A stretch of DNA of 61,212 bases from assembly GCA_046160525.1 (NCBI GenBank), contig JBJXGQ010000084.1:1-61212 (forward strand), read 5' to 3'. The stretch is from Burkholderiales bacterium. Its GTDB lineage: Bacteria; Pseudomonadota; Gammaproteobacteria; Burkholderiales; SHXO01. Positions 12,757 through 26,804 of the stretch are shown piece by piece. The notes beneath the pieces were generated by a model that worked only from the letters and a program-made list of their open reading frames with translations, did no database searches and was not told the origin of the DNA. The position numbers were made by a program, and so were the translations under genes. Every line of letters starts with the position of its first letter. Positions within the stretch are counted from its first letter, which is position 1.

Positions 12757-14392
12757 GAGCGGCGTTATCCCGCTCTAGCGCTCTGGTGATGTGCCATTGC
12801 TGTGCAATGGAAAGAATGTTGTTCACCAACCAATACAAGACCAAGCCCGCTGGAAAGAAGAAGAAAAATACACTAAAAGCTATGGGCATGATCTTCATGA
12901 GACGCGCCTGCATGGGATCTGGCGGTGTGGGATTGAGCCATGTTTGGATAAACATGGTGATACCCATCAATACCGGGAGCACATAATAAGGATCTAAAGC
13001 AGACAAGTCTTTGATCCAAAATATAAAAGGTGCTTGCCTTAGCTCCACGCTCAAGAGCAACACCCAGTAAAGCGAAATGAATACGGGGATCTGCACAACT
13101 ATCGGAAGACAACCACCAAGCGGGTTAACCTTCTCTGTTTTGTACATCTCCATCATCGCTTGGTGCATCTTCTGCCGGTCTTCCCCATAGCGTTCTTTAA
13201 GACGCTGAAGTTTTGGGGCTAGCACTTTCATTTTCCCCATGGACCGGTAACTTGCGGCCGATAGGGGGTAAAAAATCAATTTTATCAATATAGTAAGAAC
13301 GATGATCGCAACGCCCCAGTTTCCTGCGAAGTCATGGATCTTATTCAGTACCCAAAACAAAGGGACTGCCAGCAAACGCAACCAACCATAATCCACCGTG
13401 AATTCCAGACCTGGTGCAAGCTTTTTTAGGGTGTCTTGCTCCTGTGGTCCTATATACAGAGGCACCTTAACCCCAAAACCTGCGCCACTTTGCTTCAGGG
13501 GAACGATGGTACCGAACGCATAGAGCCCTCCGTCCAACGCCCTCGCGTAATACTCCCTTGATATACCTTTTTCCGGCAGCCAAGCTCCAAGAAAATAGTG
13601 TTGGACAAAGGCTATCCACCCGTCTTGAACGTCCTTTGGCAATGCGACTTTTGCCTCCTTTGCGTCTTCGTAGGTGACCTTGATTAACTTGGTAGCCTCA
13701 GTGAACACCTCCCCACCTGTATAAGTGGGCATCATCTTGGACTCACCCGGTGCTGGACGGTCATCTCTAACTAACTGGAAGTAGGCATGCGTTGGAGACG
13801 TGGCTCCTCCAGCGATATTGGCTTGCAAGTCAACGCCGACTAAATAGCTCCCTCGGTTAAATCGGTAGGTTTTTGTGTTCACTGTCCCCGAAGGTAGGGT
13901 TGCCCTGAGCACGACCTCCAGTTCATTTGTTCCGTCTTTGAGCTCGTAGTGTGTATCCGCAGCGGTGAAAACCGTCGTGTGGTTGGCTTGGCCTTCCCCG
14001 AGATAGCCCCCTTGAGCTATATATATCCCCTCGGCCCCGTCGTGCATAAGTAAGAAATTCTTTGACTTATCAATAGTATCCCTGTGCTTTAGCAGTTCGA
14101 CCCTGCGCACATCACCCCCTACCGTATCGATCTCTGCCAACAGCAAGTCCGTACGCACGACCACTCGCTGCCCTTTCTGCGCAACGATCGGGGTGGTGCT
14201 CGGAGCGAGAGGAGTGACGGAAGATGAAGGCGCTGTAGCGGTAGGCGTTGGAATACCTTGTTGCCCCGATCCTTGCGCGGGCGCATTTGTGGCGAGTTGG
14301 ACCGCTGGTTTGTTCTGCTGTATCCAGGCTTCGACGATAAGGAAGACGGAAACGGCGAACATGATGCCAAATACAAGTCGAAAATTATCCAT
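12743..14392 (-). CDS. yidC: Membrane protein insertase YidC
   Basis: 549 aa. N-terminal TM, large periplasmic domain and a conserved C-terminal 5-TM core; canonical position. Confidence 0.96.
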   Translation of the reverse strand: MDNFRLVFGIMFAVSVFLIVEAWIQQNKPAVQLATNAPAQGSGQQGIPTPTATAPSSSVTPLAPSTTPIVAQKGQRVVVRTDLLLAEIDTVGGDVRRVELLKHRDTIDKSKNFLLMHDGAEGIYIAQGGYLGEGQANHTTVFTAADTHYELKDGTNELEVVLRATLPSGTVNTKTYRFNRGSYLVGVDLQANIAGGATSPTHAYFQLVRDDRPAPGESKMMPTYTGGEVFTEATKLIKVTYEDAKEAKVALPKDVQDGWIAFVQHYFLGAWLPEKGISREYYARALDGGLYAFGTIVPLKQSGAGFGVKVPLYIGPQEQDTLKKLAPGLEFTVDYGWLRLLAVPLFWVLNKIHDFAGNWGVAIIVLTILIKLIFYPLSAASYRSMGKMKVLAPKLQRLKERYGEDRQKMHQAMMEMYKTEKVNPLGGCLPIVVQIPVFISLYWVLLLSVELRQAPFIFWIKDLSALDPYYVLPVLMGITMFIQTWLNPTPPDPMQARLMKIMPIAFSVFFFFFPAGLVLYWLVNNILSIAQQWHITRALERDNAAHVKT

Positions 14393-14407
14393 TCGCTCTA
14401 AGTTGAT

Positions 14408-14635
14408 CTAGGGTACTGGATCAATCCCGCCATGGTGAAAAGGATGGCATTTGATTAACCGCTTGGCAGCCAATAAGCTGCCCTTCGCTGCGCCATGGCG
14501 CTCTATGGCCTCCATTGCGTAGTGCGAGCATGTCGGCCAAAACCGGCATCTCGCGCCTAAGTAAGGGCTTAGGAGTAGTTGATATCCACGTATCAGTCCC
14601 TTAAACAGCACGTTCACCATAAGCGAGCCGGGCAA
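14408..14635 (-). CDS. yidD: Membrane protein insertion efficiency factor YidD
   Basis: 75 aa with the conserved [11 protein letters not shown] motif. Overlaps the rnpA 3' end. Confidence 0.9.
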   Translation of the reverse strand: MPGSLMVNVLFKGLIRGYQLLLSPYLGARCRFWPTCSHYAMEAIERHGAAKGSLLAAKRLIKCHPFHHGGIDPVP

Positions 14636-14969
14636 ACAACTCTTTAATTTCTTGCGAAAGTTCCAATTCGTAGGGATCAGTCACTTTCGCAATTTGACGT
14701 ACTACTATATCCCCGTCAGGCAAGCGATCACGACAGACTCTAAAAGCCTCTCGGATCACGCGCTTTAATCGATTGCGACGGACCGCAAGTGGTGTGAGCC
14801 GTTTTGGTACGACACATCCCAGCCGCGCTATTCCAGGGTCTTTCGCCACAAACTTAAGGTCGAAGCGCCCGGAGCCACTCCTGATCCGGGTACCTCTCCT
14901 GAGCACGCCCTCGAACTCTGAAGGCTTCCTGAGCCGGACCTGTGGCGGAAAGACAGCCCGTTTTACAAT
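14601..14969 (-). CDS. rnpA: RNase P protein component; proposed non-canonical ATT start at 14969 (first canonical start is GTG at 14906)
   Basis: The frame is open up to 14981. The upstream in-frame translation [22 protein letters not shown] aligns with the E. coli RnpA N-terminus [21 protein letters not shown]. No ATG, GTG, TTG or CTG lies upstream of 14906 in this frame. Confidence 0.8.
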   Translation of the reverse strand: MVKRAVFPPQVRLRKPSEFEGVLRRGTRIRSGSGRFDLKFVAKDPGIARLGCVVPKRLTPLAVRRNRLKRVIREAFRVCRDRLPDGDIVVRQIAKVTDPYELELSQEIKELFARLAYGERAV

Positions 14970-15100
14970 ACGATCAATTGCTTACGCCCTTTCGCCCGGC
15001 GCCGGCGTAGCACCTTCTGCCCGTCCGACGTTGCCATTCTGGCCCTAAAACCGTGTGTGCGCTTGCGGCGTATTTTCGATGGATGATATGTACGTTTCAT
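14963..15100 (-). CDS. rpmH: 50S ribosomal protein L34
   Basis: Hand-translated 45-aa [48 protein letters not shown]. It is below the ORF-track length cutoff. Confidence 0.95.
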   Translation of the reverse strand: MKRTYHPSKIRRKRTHGFRARMATSDGQKVLRRRRAKGRKQLIVL

Positions 15101-15183
15101 GGAGGAATCCTCTCCCAAAAGAAAAGCCGCGTATTAGACTCCCCTGTGGGTTAACCTGTCAACGAACAGTGTTCAGCGCATCC

Positions 15184-15192
15184 TGTGGATAA
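15184..15192. promoter_or_regulatory. Consensus DnaA box in the rpmH-dnaA spacer, overlapping a putative dnaA promoter
   Basis: TGTGGATAA is the reverse complement of TTATCCACA (9/9 match). A TAGAAT -10-like hexamer sits at about 15208-15213. A weaker box, TGTGGGTTA, is at 15145-15153. Confidence 0.7.
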
Positions 15193-15315
15193 GTGTCTAG
15201 CCATTCGTTAGAATGTTTTATACCTTGCGTCCTTTCCTGCGGGGGTAGTAATTTCCCGGTGGCGCATGGGCGTCTTGTCATTCTCTCCCCGTTTTTCCTC
15301 TGATCCTACAGTCAC

Positions 15316-16650
15316 ATGGATAACTTCTGGCAATATTGCCTCGATCACTTTAGCTCCAAGCTACCACCGCAGCAGTACAAGACTTGGATCCAGACTCTAA
15401 GCGCCGTACGAGGGGGAAATACGCTTACCCTAACGGCGCCCAATCGCTTCGTGCTGCATTGGATCAAAGAGCGTTTCCTGGGATCCATCGAAGAACTAGC
15501 GAAAGCAAATGGACTTCCGCAATTGGAGGTCGTCTTGGCGCTTGCCCAGACTACTAGCGTGGCCGCTCCCGCCCCCGGGCGTGCGACACAGGCACAACCT
15601 ACAGTATCTGCGACTTCCCGAACTAACGACCCAGGTAAGCTCAACCCATTGTTTAATTTCGATAGTTTTGTTCCAGGCAAGGCCAATCAACTTGCCCGCG
15701 CCGCTGCCCTCCAAGTCGCCGAGCACCCTGGCACCAGCTATAACCCTTTGTTTATTTATGGTGGCGTCGGTCTAGGTAAGACGCATCTCATACACGCTAT
15801 CGGCAACCATGTCCTGATGCGCTCCCCGCAGGCTAAAATTAGATACATTCACGCTGAGCAATACGTCTCTGATGTTGTGCGCGCCTACCAGCACCGTGCT
15901 TTCGACGGCTTCAAGAAGTATTACCATTCCCTGGACCTTTTACTCATAGACGACATTCAATTCATTGCCGGAAAAGTCCGTACTCAAGAAGAATTCTTCT
16001 ATGCCTTCAATGCTTTGATTGAATCTCACAGGCAGCTCATTATCACTTGCGACACCTACCCCAAGGAATTAGTGGGGGTCGAAGACCGGTTAATTTCGCG
16101 CTTTGGATGGGGTTTAAATGTAGCGATCGATCCACCCGAACTTGAAATGCGGGTGGCTATCGTCTTGAAGAAAGCTGAAACTGACAATATCCCTCTACCG
16201 CAAGAGGTTGCCTTCTTCATAGCCAGTCACGTGCACTCCAATGTTCGTGAGCTAGAAGGCGCATTGAAGCGTATCCTCGCGTTTGCCAAATTCTCCGGTA
16301 GAACAGTGGATGTCGCCGTTGCCAAGGAAGCCCTTCGTGATCTACTGGCTGTACAGTCCCGGCAAGTTACCGTAGACAACATTCAGAAGGTTGTGGCTGA
16401 GTACTACAAGCTTAAAATAGCGGACATGCATTCGAAGAAGCGTTCTCGAAACTTAGCGCGACCCCGGCAAGTCGCTATGACTCTCGCAAAAGAACTGACT
16501 CAAATGAGTTTGCCGGATATTGGCGATGCATTCGGAGGCCGGGATCACACCACTGTCCTCCATGCTTGCCGCAAGGTAGCGGAGCTACGCCATAGCGATA
16601 CCGGCATCCAGCGGGACTACCAAAACCTTCTACAAGCGCTGCGAGCGTAA
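15316..16650 (+). CDS. dnaA: Chromosomal replication initiator DnaA
   Basis: 444 aa. AAA+ Walker [11 protein letters not shown] and C-terminal DnaA-box-binding domain (DHTTVLHA). Confidence 0.98.
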   Translation: MDNFWQYCLDHFSSKLPPQQYKTWIQTLSAVRGGNTLTLTAPNRFVLHWIKERFLGSIEELAKANGLPQLEVVLALAQTTSVAAPAPGRATQAQPTVSATSRTNDPGKLNPLFNFDSFVPGKANQLARAAALQVAEHPGTSYNPLFIYGGVGLGKTHLIHAIGNHVLMRSPQAKIRYIHAEQYVSDVVRAYQHRAFDGFKKYYHSLDLLLIDDIQFIAGKVRTQEEFFYAFNALIESHRQLIITCDTYPKELVGVEDRLISRFGWGLNVAIDPPELEMRVAIVLKKAETDNIPLPQEVAFFIASHVHSNVRELEGALKRILAFAKFSGRTVDVAVAKEALRDLLAVQSRQVTVDNIQKVVAEYYKLKIADMHSKKRSRNLARPRQVAMTLAKELTQMSLPDIGDAFGGRDHTTVLHACRKVAELRHSDTGIQRDYQNLLQALRA

Positions 16651-16673
16651 TACTCAAATACTCTCTTGAGAAG

Positions 16674-16825
16674 TTATCCCCAACGCTACCCTTTAACCAA
16701 CAACTTATACACAATTTCGATTGCCTGCTATACCAATGCTGGCGGGGCTTGACGTAAATACCCACAGAATAGCGACGGCTTAGTAGTTATAGATTTATAA
16801 ATCTTTAAATACTTACTAATAAGCA
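16674..16825. other. Candidate origin element: DnaA-box-like 9-mers plus an AT-rich tract
   Basis: TTATCCCCA (16674-16682) and TTATACACA (16705-16713) each have 1 mismatch; ATACCCACA (16758-16766) has 2. An AT-rich tract at 16781-16823 contains the 14-bp palindrome AGATTTATAAATCT (16791-16804). Confidence 0.4.
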
Positions 16826-16828
16826 CCC

Positions 16829-17932
16829 ATGCAGACTATTTTTTTATCGCGAAATGATTTGTTGGCACCGGTTCAGGCGGTAAGTGGCGCTGTTGAACGG
16901 CGCAATACCTTACCGATTCTAGGGAATCTGCTCTTGGAAATTCAAAACGGAGATCTAAGCGTTACTGCTACGGACTTGGAAATCCAGGTAACGGCAAGAG
17001 CGAAATTAACTTCAACGGAAGCTCTAACCGCGACCGTATCGGCCCGAAAGATTCAAGAGATTCTGCGATCGCTGCCTGAGGAAACCACCGTCGGCATCGA
17101 AGTCGCGGAGAGTAAGTTCACCTTGAAGTCCGGCCGTAGCCGCTTTAATTTACAAGCGTTACCCGCAAAAGACTTTCCTAAGCTCTCGCAAACCGAGGCC
17201 CCGGTCGCCGAGTTCAAATTACCGCAGCGGCAACTCAAGGATATTCTTCAATCGGTGCAGTACGCGATGGCTCACCAAGATATTCGCTATTACTTGAACG
17301 GGTTACTTCTCTCGCTCACGCAAGAAAAACTTGTCGCGGTGGCCACGGACGGTCATCGTCTGGCCTACACGGAAATTAGCGCCAGGGAGCCCTTGCCCAC
17401 CACGGAAGTAATCCTTCCAAGGAAGGCGGTGAGTGAAATCGTCCGTCTCCTGGCAGAGGTAGACACGGAAGTTATCGTGAGTATTCGCACGGGGCAAGTA
17501 GGTATACGTTTCGGCGACATTGAATTCGCGACGAAAGTCATCGACGGCAAGTTTCCCGATTACAATAAAGTTATTCCAATCGGATACCAGAAGACCATTT
17601 CCTTGGACCGAGGGGAACTGCAACACGCCCTACAACGCGCGGCAATCCTATCGAACGAAAAGTTTCGGGGTATTCGCTGGATCGTATCGGACAACACTCT
17701 TCGCATTCTCTCGGCCAATGCGGAGCAAGAGGAGGCGCAAGAAGAGTTGCCTGTCGAGTACAACCAGGCTCCCCTCGATATAGGTTTCAACGTGGGATAT
17801 CTTCTGGATGTCCTTCTCAATACAAAGTCGAAGACCGTGGATTTTTCCTTCGGCGATTCCAACAGCAGCATGTTGGTGACGATACCGGGCGATACCGCCT
17901 TCAAGTACGTCGTCATGCCCATGAGAATCTAA
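16829..17932 (+). CDS. dnaN: DNA polymerase III beta sliding clamp
   Basis: 367 aa; full-length beta-clamp similarity (RNTLPILGNLLLE, VMPMRI C-terminus). Confidence 0.97.
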   Translation: MQTIFLSRNDLLAPVQAVSGAVERRNTLPILGNLLLEIQNGDLSVTATDLEIQVTARAKLTSTEALTATVSARKIQEILRSLPEETTVGIEVAESKFTLKSGRSRFNLQALPAKDFPKLSQTEAPVAEFKLPQRQLKDILQSVQYAMAHQDIRYYLNGLLLSLTQEKLVAVATDGHRLAYTEISAREPLPTTEVILPRKAVSEIVRLLAEVDTEVIVSIRTGQVGIRFGDIEFATKVIDGKFPDYNKVIPIGYQKTISLDRGELQHALQRAAILSNEKFRGIRWIVSDNTLRILSANAEQEEAQEELPVEYNQAPLDIGFNVGYLLDVLLNTKSKTVDFSFGDSNSSMLVTIPGDTAFKYVVMPMRI

Positions 17933-17941
17933 CTCCACTAG

Positions 17942-22899
<4,958 letters not shown>

Positions 22900-22997
22900 A
22901 GGGGGAGGAAATTACGAAGTACGGCTCCGGTTGGATACGAATACCGGAAAAGGGCGCAGATGATAAGTGTAGCGGCGGCCTCGATGCAACTTTGGCG

Positions 22998-24092
22998 TTA
23001 GCCTGAGCGTTGGTAGAAGCCGCCAGGTAACGACACAATGAGCCCGGCGAGTTCCAATTGGAGTAACTGCGCGCTCAATTTATCCACCGTTAGACCAGAC
23101 CGGTCGCATAGGCTGTCAAGATCCACAGGATCGAATCCAACCGCCATTAGAAGGGCTTCATCATCAGCGGATAAAGGGGCGCGGCGCGCCCCCTCGCCAT
23201 TGGGCTCCGAAGTGCCCCAACCCAGTTCCTCCAGGACGTCGTTTGCGGTCTCCGCCAATTTCGCCCCCTGTTTAATGAGCGCATGGCAGCCTTTCGATAA
23301 CGGAGAATGGATGGATCCGGGAATGGCGAAAACTTCGCGGCCTTGCTCGCCCGCGAGTTGTGCAGTGATAAGGGAACCACTGCCAATGGCGGCCTCCACT
23401 ACAAGACAACCCAAGGACAGCCCGCTCAGGATGCGATTGCGCCGGGGAAAATTTCCCGCAATGGGTGGCGTGCCCAGGGGAAACTCTGAGAGTAATAGTC
23501 CGTCTTGCGCAAGTGTACGCGCCAGATCACGGTTGCGGGCCGGGTAAACGCGGTCGAGCCCGGTCCCGACCACGGCAATGGTGGAGCCGTGACCTTTCAA
23601 AGCTCCCCAGTGAGCGCAGGCATCGATGCCAAGCGCTAATCCACTCACGATGGTCAGATTCGCTTCGCTCAAGGCCTGGGCGAAGGCTAGAGCGTTTTTT
23701 TCGCCTTGTGCGGTGGGATTGCGGCTACCAACAACGGCAAGTTTCTCGGAAACCAACAGTTCCCTGCGGCCCATGGCATAGAGCAGCGTGGGCGCGAGGT
23801 TTATTTCCTTCAGCGCGGGAGGATAATCAGCGGATTGGAGGGTCACCAGAAAGCGGCCAGGAGCCTGCAACCAAGCCAGGGTTTTGGCCAGCAAGTCGGG
23901 GTCGCAGCCCGCTTGAAGTTTTGCGGAGGCGGCCTCTCCAATGACAGAAGAGGTCTGGGAGCGTGAAGCCCCTAGCACCGCCTCCGGAGAATCGAAGGCG
24001 GCGAGTAGTTTGTTGAGTTGGCTAGGGCCCAGTCCCTCTACTAAAGTGAGTCTTAACCAATTCTCGTTGTCGGCTGCGGCGGATTCGCTCAG
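22998..24092 (-). CDS. dprA: DNA processing protein DprA (Smf); proposed CTG start at 24092 (first canonical start is GTG at 23978)
   Basis: Rossmann-like core (GLALGIDACAH, FPRRNRILSG). The in-frame upstream 38 codons encode ENWLRLTLVEGLGPSQLNKLLAAFDSPEAV, which matches the conserved DprA N-terminal domain (E. coli EIWLRL). Confidence 0.85.
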   Translation of the reverse strand: MSESAAADNENWLRLTLVEGLGPSQLNKLLAAFDSPEAVLGASRSQTSSVIGEAASAKLQAGCDPDLLAKTLAWLQAPGRFLVTLQSADYPPALKEINLAPTLLYAMGRRELLVSEKLAVVGSRNPTAQGEKNALAFAQALSEANLTIVSGLALGIDACAHWGALKGHGSTIAVVGTGLDRVYPARNRDLARTLAQDGLLLSEFPLGTPPIAGNFPRRNRILSGLSLGCLVVEAAIGSGSLITAQLAGEQGREVFAIPGSIHSPLSKGCHALIKQGAKLAETANDVLEELGWGTSEPNGEGARRAPLSADDEALLMAVGFDPVDLDSLCDRSGLTVDKLSAQLLQLELAGLIVSLPGGFYQRSG

Positions 24093-25234
24093 GGGTTATG
24101 CACCACGTCGTTAATATGTACAGGCCGGGAAGCGCTCAGCACGAGAGCGTAGGACATGCGAGGAAACACTTTGAAGACCATCGCTACACCGTAGCGCTCC
24201 TCGGGCAACCGCAGAGTCCTACCGGTGTTGGCCGCCCTGACCACGCCTTCGGAGTGAAACAATCCTAGCACGTGTCCAACATCCAGTCCGTCACGCCCGC
24301 CACGGTTTAGCACTACTACAGATAGCGGGGGAATTTCCGCAACCGACCCATCGGCGCCCGCCACTACTTTTCCGCGCACCGGCTTGACTGGCGCGCGCGG
24401 TATGAAGGGGAGCGCGGAGGCGGGGAGCGCTACCGCCAAGCGATCACCCGAGGTAATCTCTTGCTGCCCTTTGGTGATCGTTCCCGAACTGACGGCACCA
24501 AAGGCATCCACCTCGAAATTTCCGAGATAAATCGCCTCATAACCTAAGAGTTCCTTTGTATCAGGGTCTTCAAACCGGCGCCCAGGCCGGTAGATCGTCC
24601 AACGCCGGCCCTCGCTCTTCGTGACGCCTTCCGCATAAACGGTGTGTCCCGCGGCCGCGAGTACCCTGCCATCGGCCTGGGCGACAATGCGCGGCGCGCG
24701 CAGGACGGCATCGGGATCCACCAACATCGCCTTGGACAGGAAGGGCTCGATGAGCCTGGGAGAAAGGGTCGGGATCGGTGCGGCGGAAAGATCTTGTGTA
24801 CGAATCTGTGGCGATAGCTTGTGCGCGCCGTTCCAGCGTGACTCCGGAGACAGCGCCGTGGGTCCAGTCCCGTTCTCCGCCATACCCTCCAACCGCAGGC
24901 GAGGCGTGGCGCCGGTCAAATCGAGGATGATTACGTCACCGGGGTAAATGAGGTGCGGGTTCTTCACGTAGTCCTTGTTGATGCCCCATACGTCGGGCCA
25001 GCGCCAGGGATTTTGCAAGAAACGCTCGGAAATGCTCCAAAGGGTATCTCCTTTTTCCACGACATATCGCGCTGGAGGATTCTCCTTCAGGGTGGCCTTG
25101 TCCCCAGCCTCCGCCGCGGGCGCCCGCGAGGGCTCCTTGACAGCCGCCTCCTCTTGCGCCATCGCCCTTGGCGGCTGAAGTAGGAGCGCGGTGGCGAGAA
25201 GCACAGCCGATATAATTCGATTCAATGAGTACAT
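24089..25234 (-). CDS. Secreted LysM-domain peptidoglycan-binding protein
   Basis: 381 aa. Signal peptide (ALLLQPPRAMA-QEE) and a LysM motif YVVEKGDTLWSISERF...YPGDVIIL. Confidence 0.8.
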   Translation of the reverse strand: MYSLNRIISAVLLATALLLQPPRAMAQEEAAVKEPSRAPAAEAGDKATLKENPPARYVVEKGDTLWSISERFLQNPWRWPDVWGINKDYVKNPHLIYPGDVIILDLTGATPRLRLEGMAENGTGPTALSPESRWNGAHKLSPQIRTQDLSAAPIPTLSPRLIEPFLSKAMLVDPDAVLRAPRIVAQADGRVLAAAGHTVYAEGVTKSEGRRWTIYRPGRRFEDPDTKELLGYEAIYLGNFEVDAFGAVSSGTITKGQQEITSGDRLAVALPASALPFIPRAPVKPVRGKVVAGADGSVAEIPPLSVVVLNRGGRDGLDVGHVLGLFHSEGVVRAANTGRTLRLPEERYGVAMVFKVFPRMSYALVLSASRPVHINDVVHNP

Positions 25235-25351
25235 AGTTCTTTCATCCGACGTTGTCCCTGCTGCGTTAACGACCGCGCCGGGGCGATACTTTAAATCAGT
25301 TGTTGCAATTGCCGTTTAGAACCCTTGGCAAGGCGTTTGAACCCTCAAGAC

Positions 25352-25855
25352 ATGGCCCGACTTAACATCCTGGAATGGCCCGACCCGCGCCTTCATACCG
25401 TCGCTGAAAAGGTACGTTCGGTGGATGACCGCATCCGTACGTTGGTTAGCGACATGGCGGAAACCATGTATGCCGCACCGGGCGTTGGCTTGGCGGCCAG
25501 CCAGGTGGATGTCCACCTGCAAGTCATCGTCATAGATATCAGCGATACCCGGGACGAACTTAATGTCCTGATAAACCCCGAAATCATCGAAAGCTCGGGG
25601 CGCGCCGAATTCGAAGAAGGATGCCTATCCGTGCCAGGCATCTACGAAAATGTCTTGCGGGCCGAAGAAATCACCGTTCAAGCGCTGGACCGCGACGGAA
25701 AGTCTTTTACCTTGAACGCCAGCGGGCTCCTTGGCGTGTGCATCCAGCACGAGATGGACCATCTGAAGGGCAAGGTATTTGTCGAATATCTCTCTCGCCT
25801 CAAACAACAACGCATCTTGAGCAGGCTCAAGAAGCGGCACCGGCGCACCGCGTAG
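25352..25855 (+). CDS. def: Peptide deformylase
   Basis: Motifs EGCLSVPG and QHEMDHLKG. The start was moved to the ATG at 25352 ([14 protein letters not shown]) by comparison with the usual Def N-terminus. Confidence 0.95.
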   Translation: MARLNILEWPDPRLHTVAEKVRSVDDRIRTLVSDMAETMYAAPGVGLAASQVDVHLQVIVIDISDTRDELNVLINPEIIESSGRAEFEEGCLSVPGIYENVLRAEEITVQALDRDGKSFTLNASGLLGVCIQHEMDHLKGKVFVEYLSRLKQQRILSRLKKRHRRTA

Positions 25856-25862
25856 TTCGGGC

Positions 25863-26798
25863 ATGCGCCTCGTGTTCGCGGGCACTCCGCGATTCGCCAG
25901 GGCGGCTCTAGCGGCGCTCACCAGCGCCGGTCACGAAATCTCCCTCGTGCTGACCCAACCGGACCGGCCCGCTGGCCGCGGCCAAAAACCGGCACAAAGC
26001 GAAGTCAAACAGCTCGCCCTAGGCCAAGGTATTGAGGTATTTCAACCAGCGTCTCTCAAGGACGAAACGGCGCAAGCTCGTCTTCTAGAACAAGGGGCGC
26101 AGGCCATGGTTGTGGCAGCCTACGGGCTGATTTTGCCCAAGGCGGTGCTTGGCCTGTTTCCCTTGGGATGTATCAACATTCATGCGTCGCTGTTACCGCG
26201 CTGGCGGGGTGCCGCCCCCATACAAAGGGCAATACTCGCTGGGGATAAGAAGTCTGGTGTATGCATCATGCAAATGGAGGAGGGCCTGGATACGGGACCC
26301 GTTCTCCTGTGCGAATCCCTGGCTATCGAAGACCGGGAAACGGCGGGAACACTCCACGACAAACTCTCCGCCTTAGGCAGCAAGCTCATCGTGCAGGCAC
26401 TCTCGAACCTTGAAACTGGCTTGGGAAGGATGACGTTGCAACCGGCCGAAGGCGTGACCTACGCCCGCAAGATCTCCAAGGAGGAGGCTCGCATCGATTG
26501 GAGCCATGATGCGCGCCAAATCGATGCGCAAATTCGCGCCTTCAACCCGGTGCCCGTAGCCTTCACGGAACTCACAGGTGAGTCTTTGCGCATTTGGCGG
26601 GCAAGCGTTGTAGGCGGCGAGCACGAAGGTGCCAACCCGGGGCGCATCCTCAATGCTTCTCCCAGCGGAATCGATGTAGCCTGTGGCAAAGGCGTGCTGC
26701 GCATCCTGGAACTACAGAAAGCCGGGGGCAAGAGAGTTCAAGCACCGGAATTCTTGCGAGGGCAGACCGTGCCGGCGGGAAGTATGTTGGGCGATTAA
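25863..26798 (+). CDS. fmt: Methionyl-tRNA formyltransferase
   Basis: 311 aa. MRLVFAGTP N-terminus and NIHASLLPRWRGAAPIQ motif. Confidence 0.96.
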   Translation: MRLVFAGTPRFARAALAALTSAGHEISLVLTQPDRPAGRGQKPAQSEVKQLALGQGIEVFQPASLKDETAQARLLEQGAQAMVVAAYGLILPKAVLGLFPLGCINIHASLLPRWRGAAPIQRAILAGDKKSGVCIMQMEEGLDTGPVLLCESLAIEDRETAGTLHDKLSALGSKLIVQALSNLETGLGRMTLQPAEGVTYARKISKEEARIDWSHDARQIDAQIRAFNPVPVAFTELTGESLRIWRASVVGGEHEGANPGRILNASPSGIDVACGKGVLRILELQKAGGKRVQAPEFLRGQTVPAGSMLGD

Positions 26799-26804
26799 TC
26801 TTCC

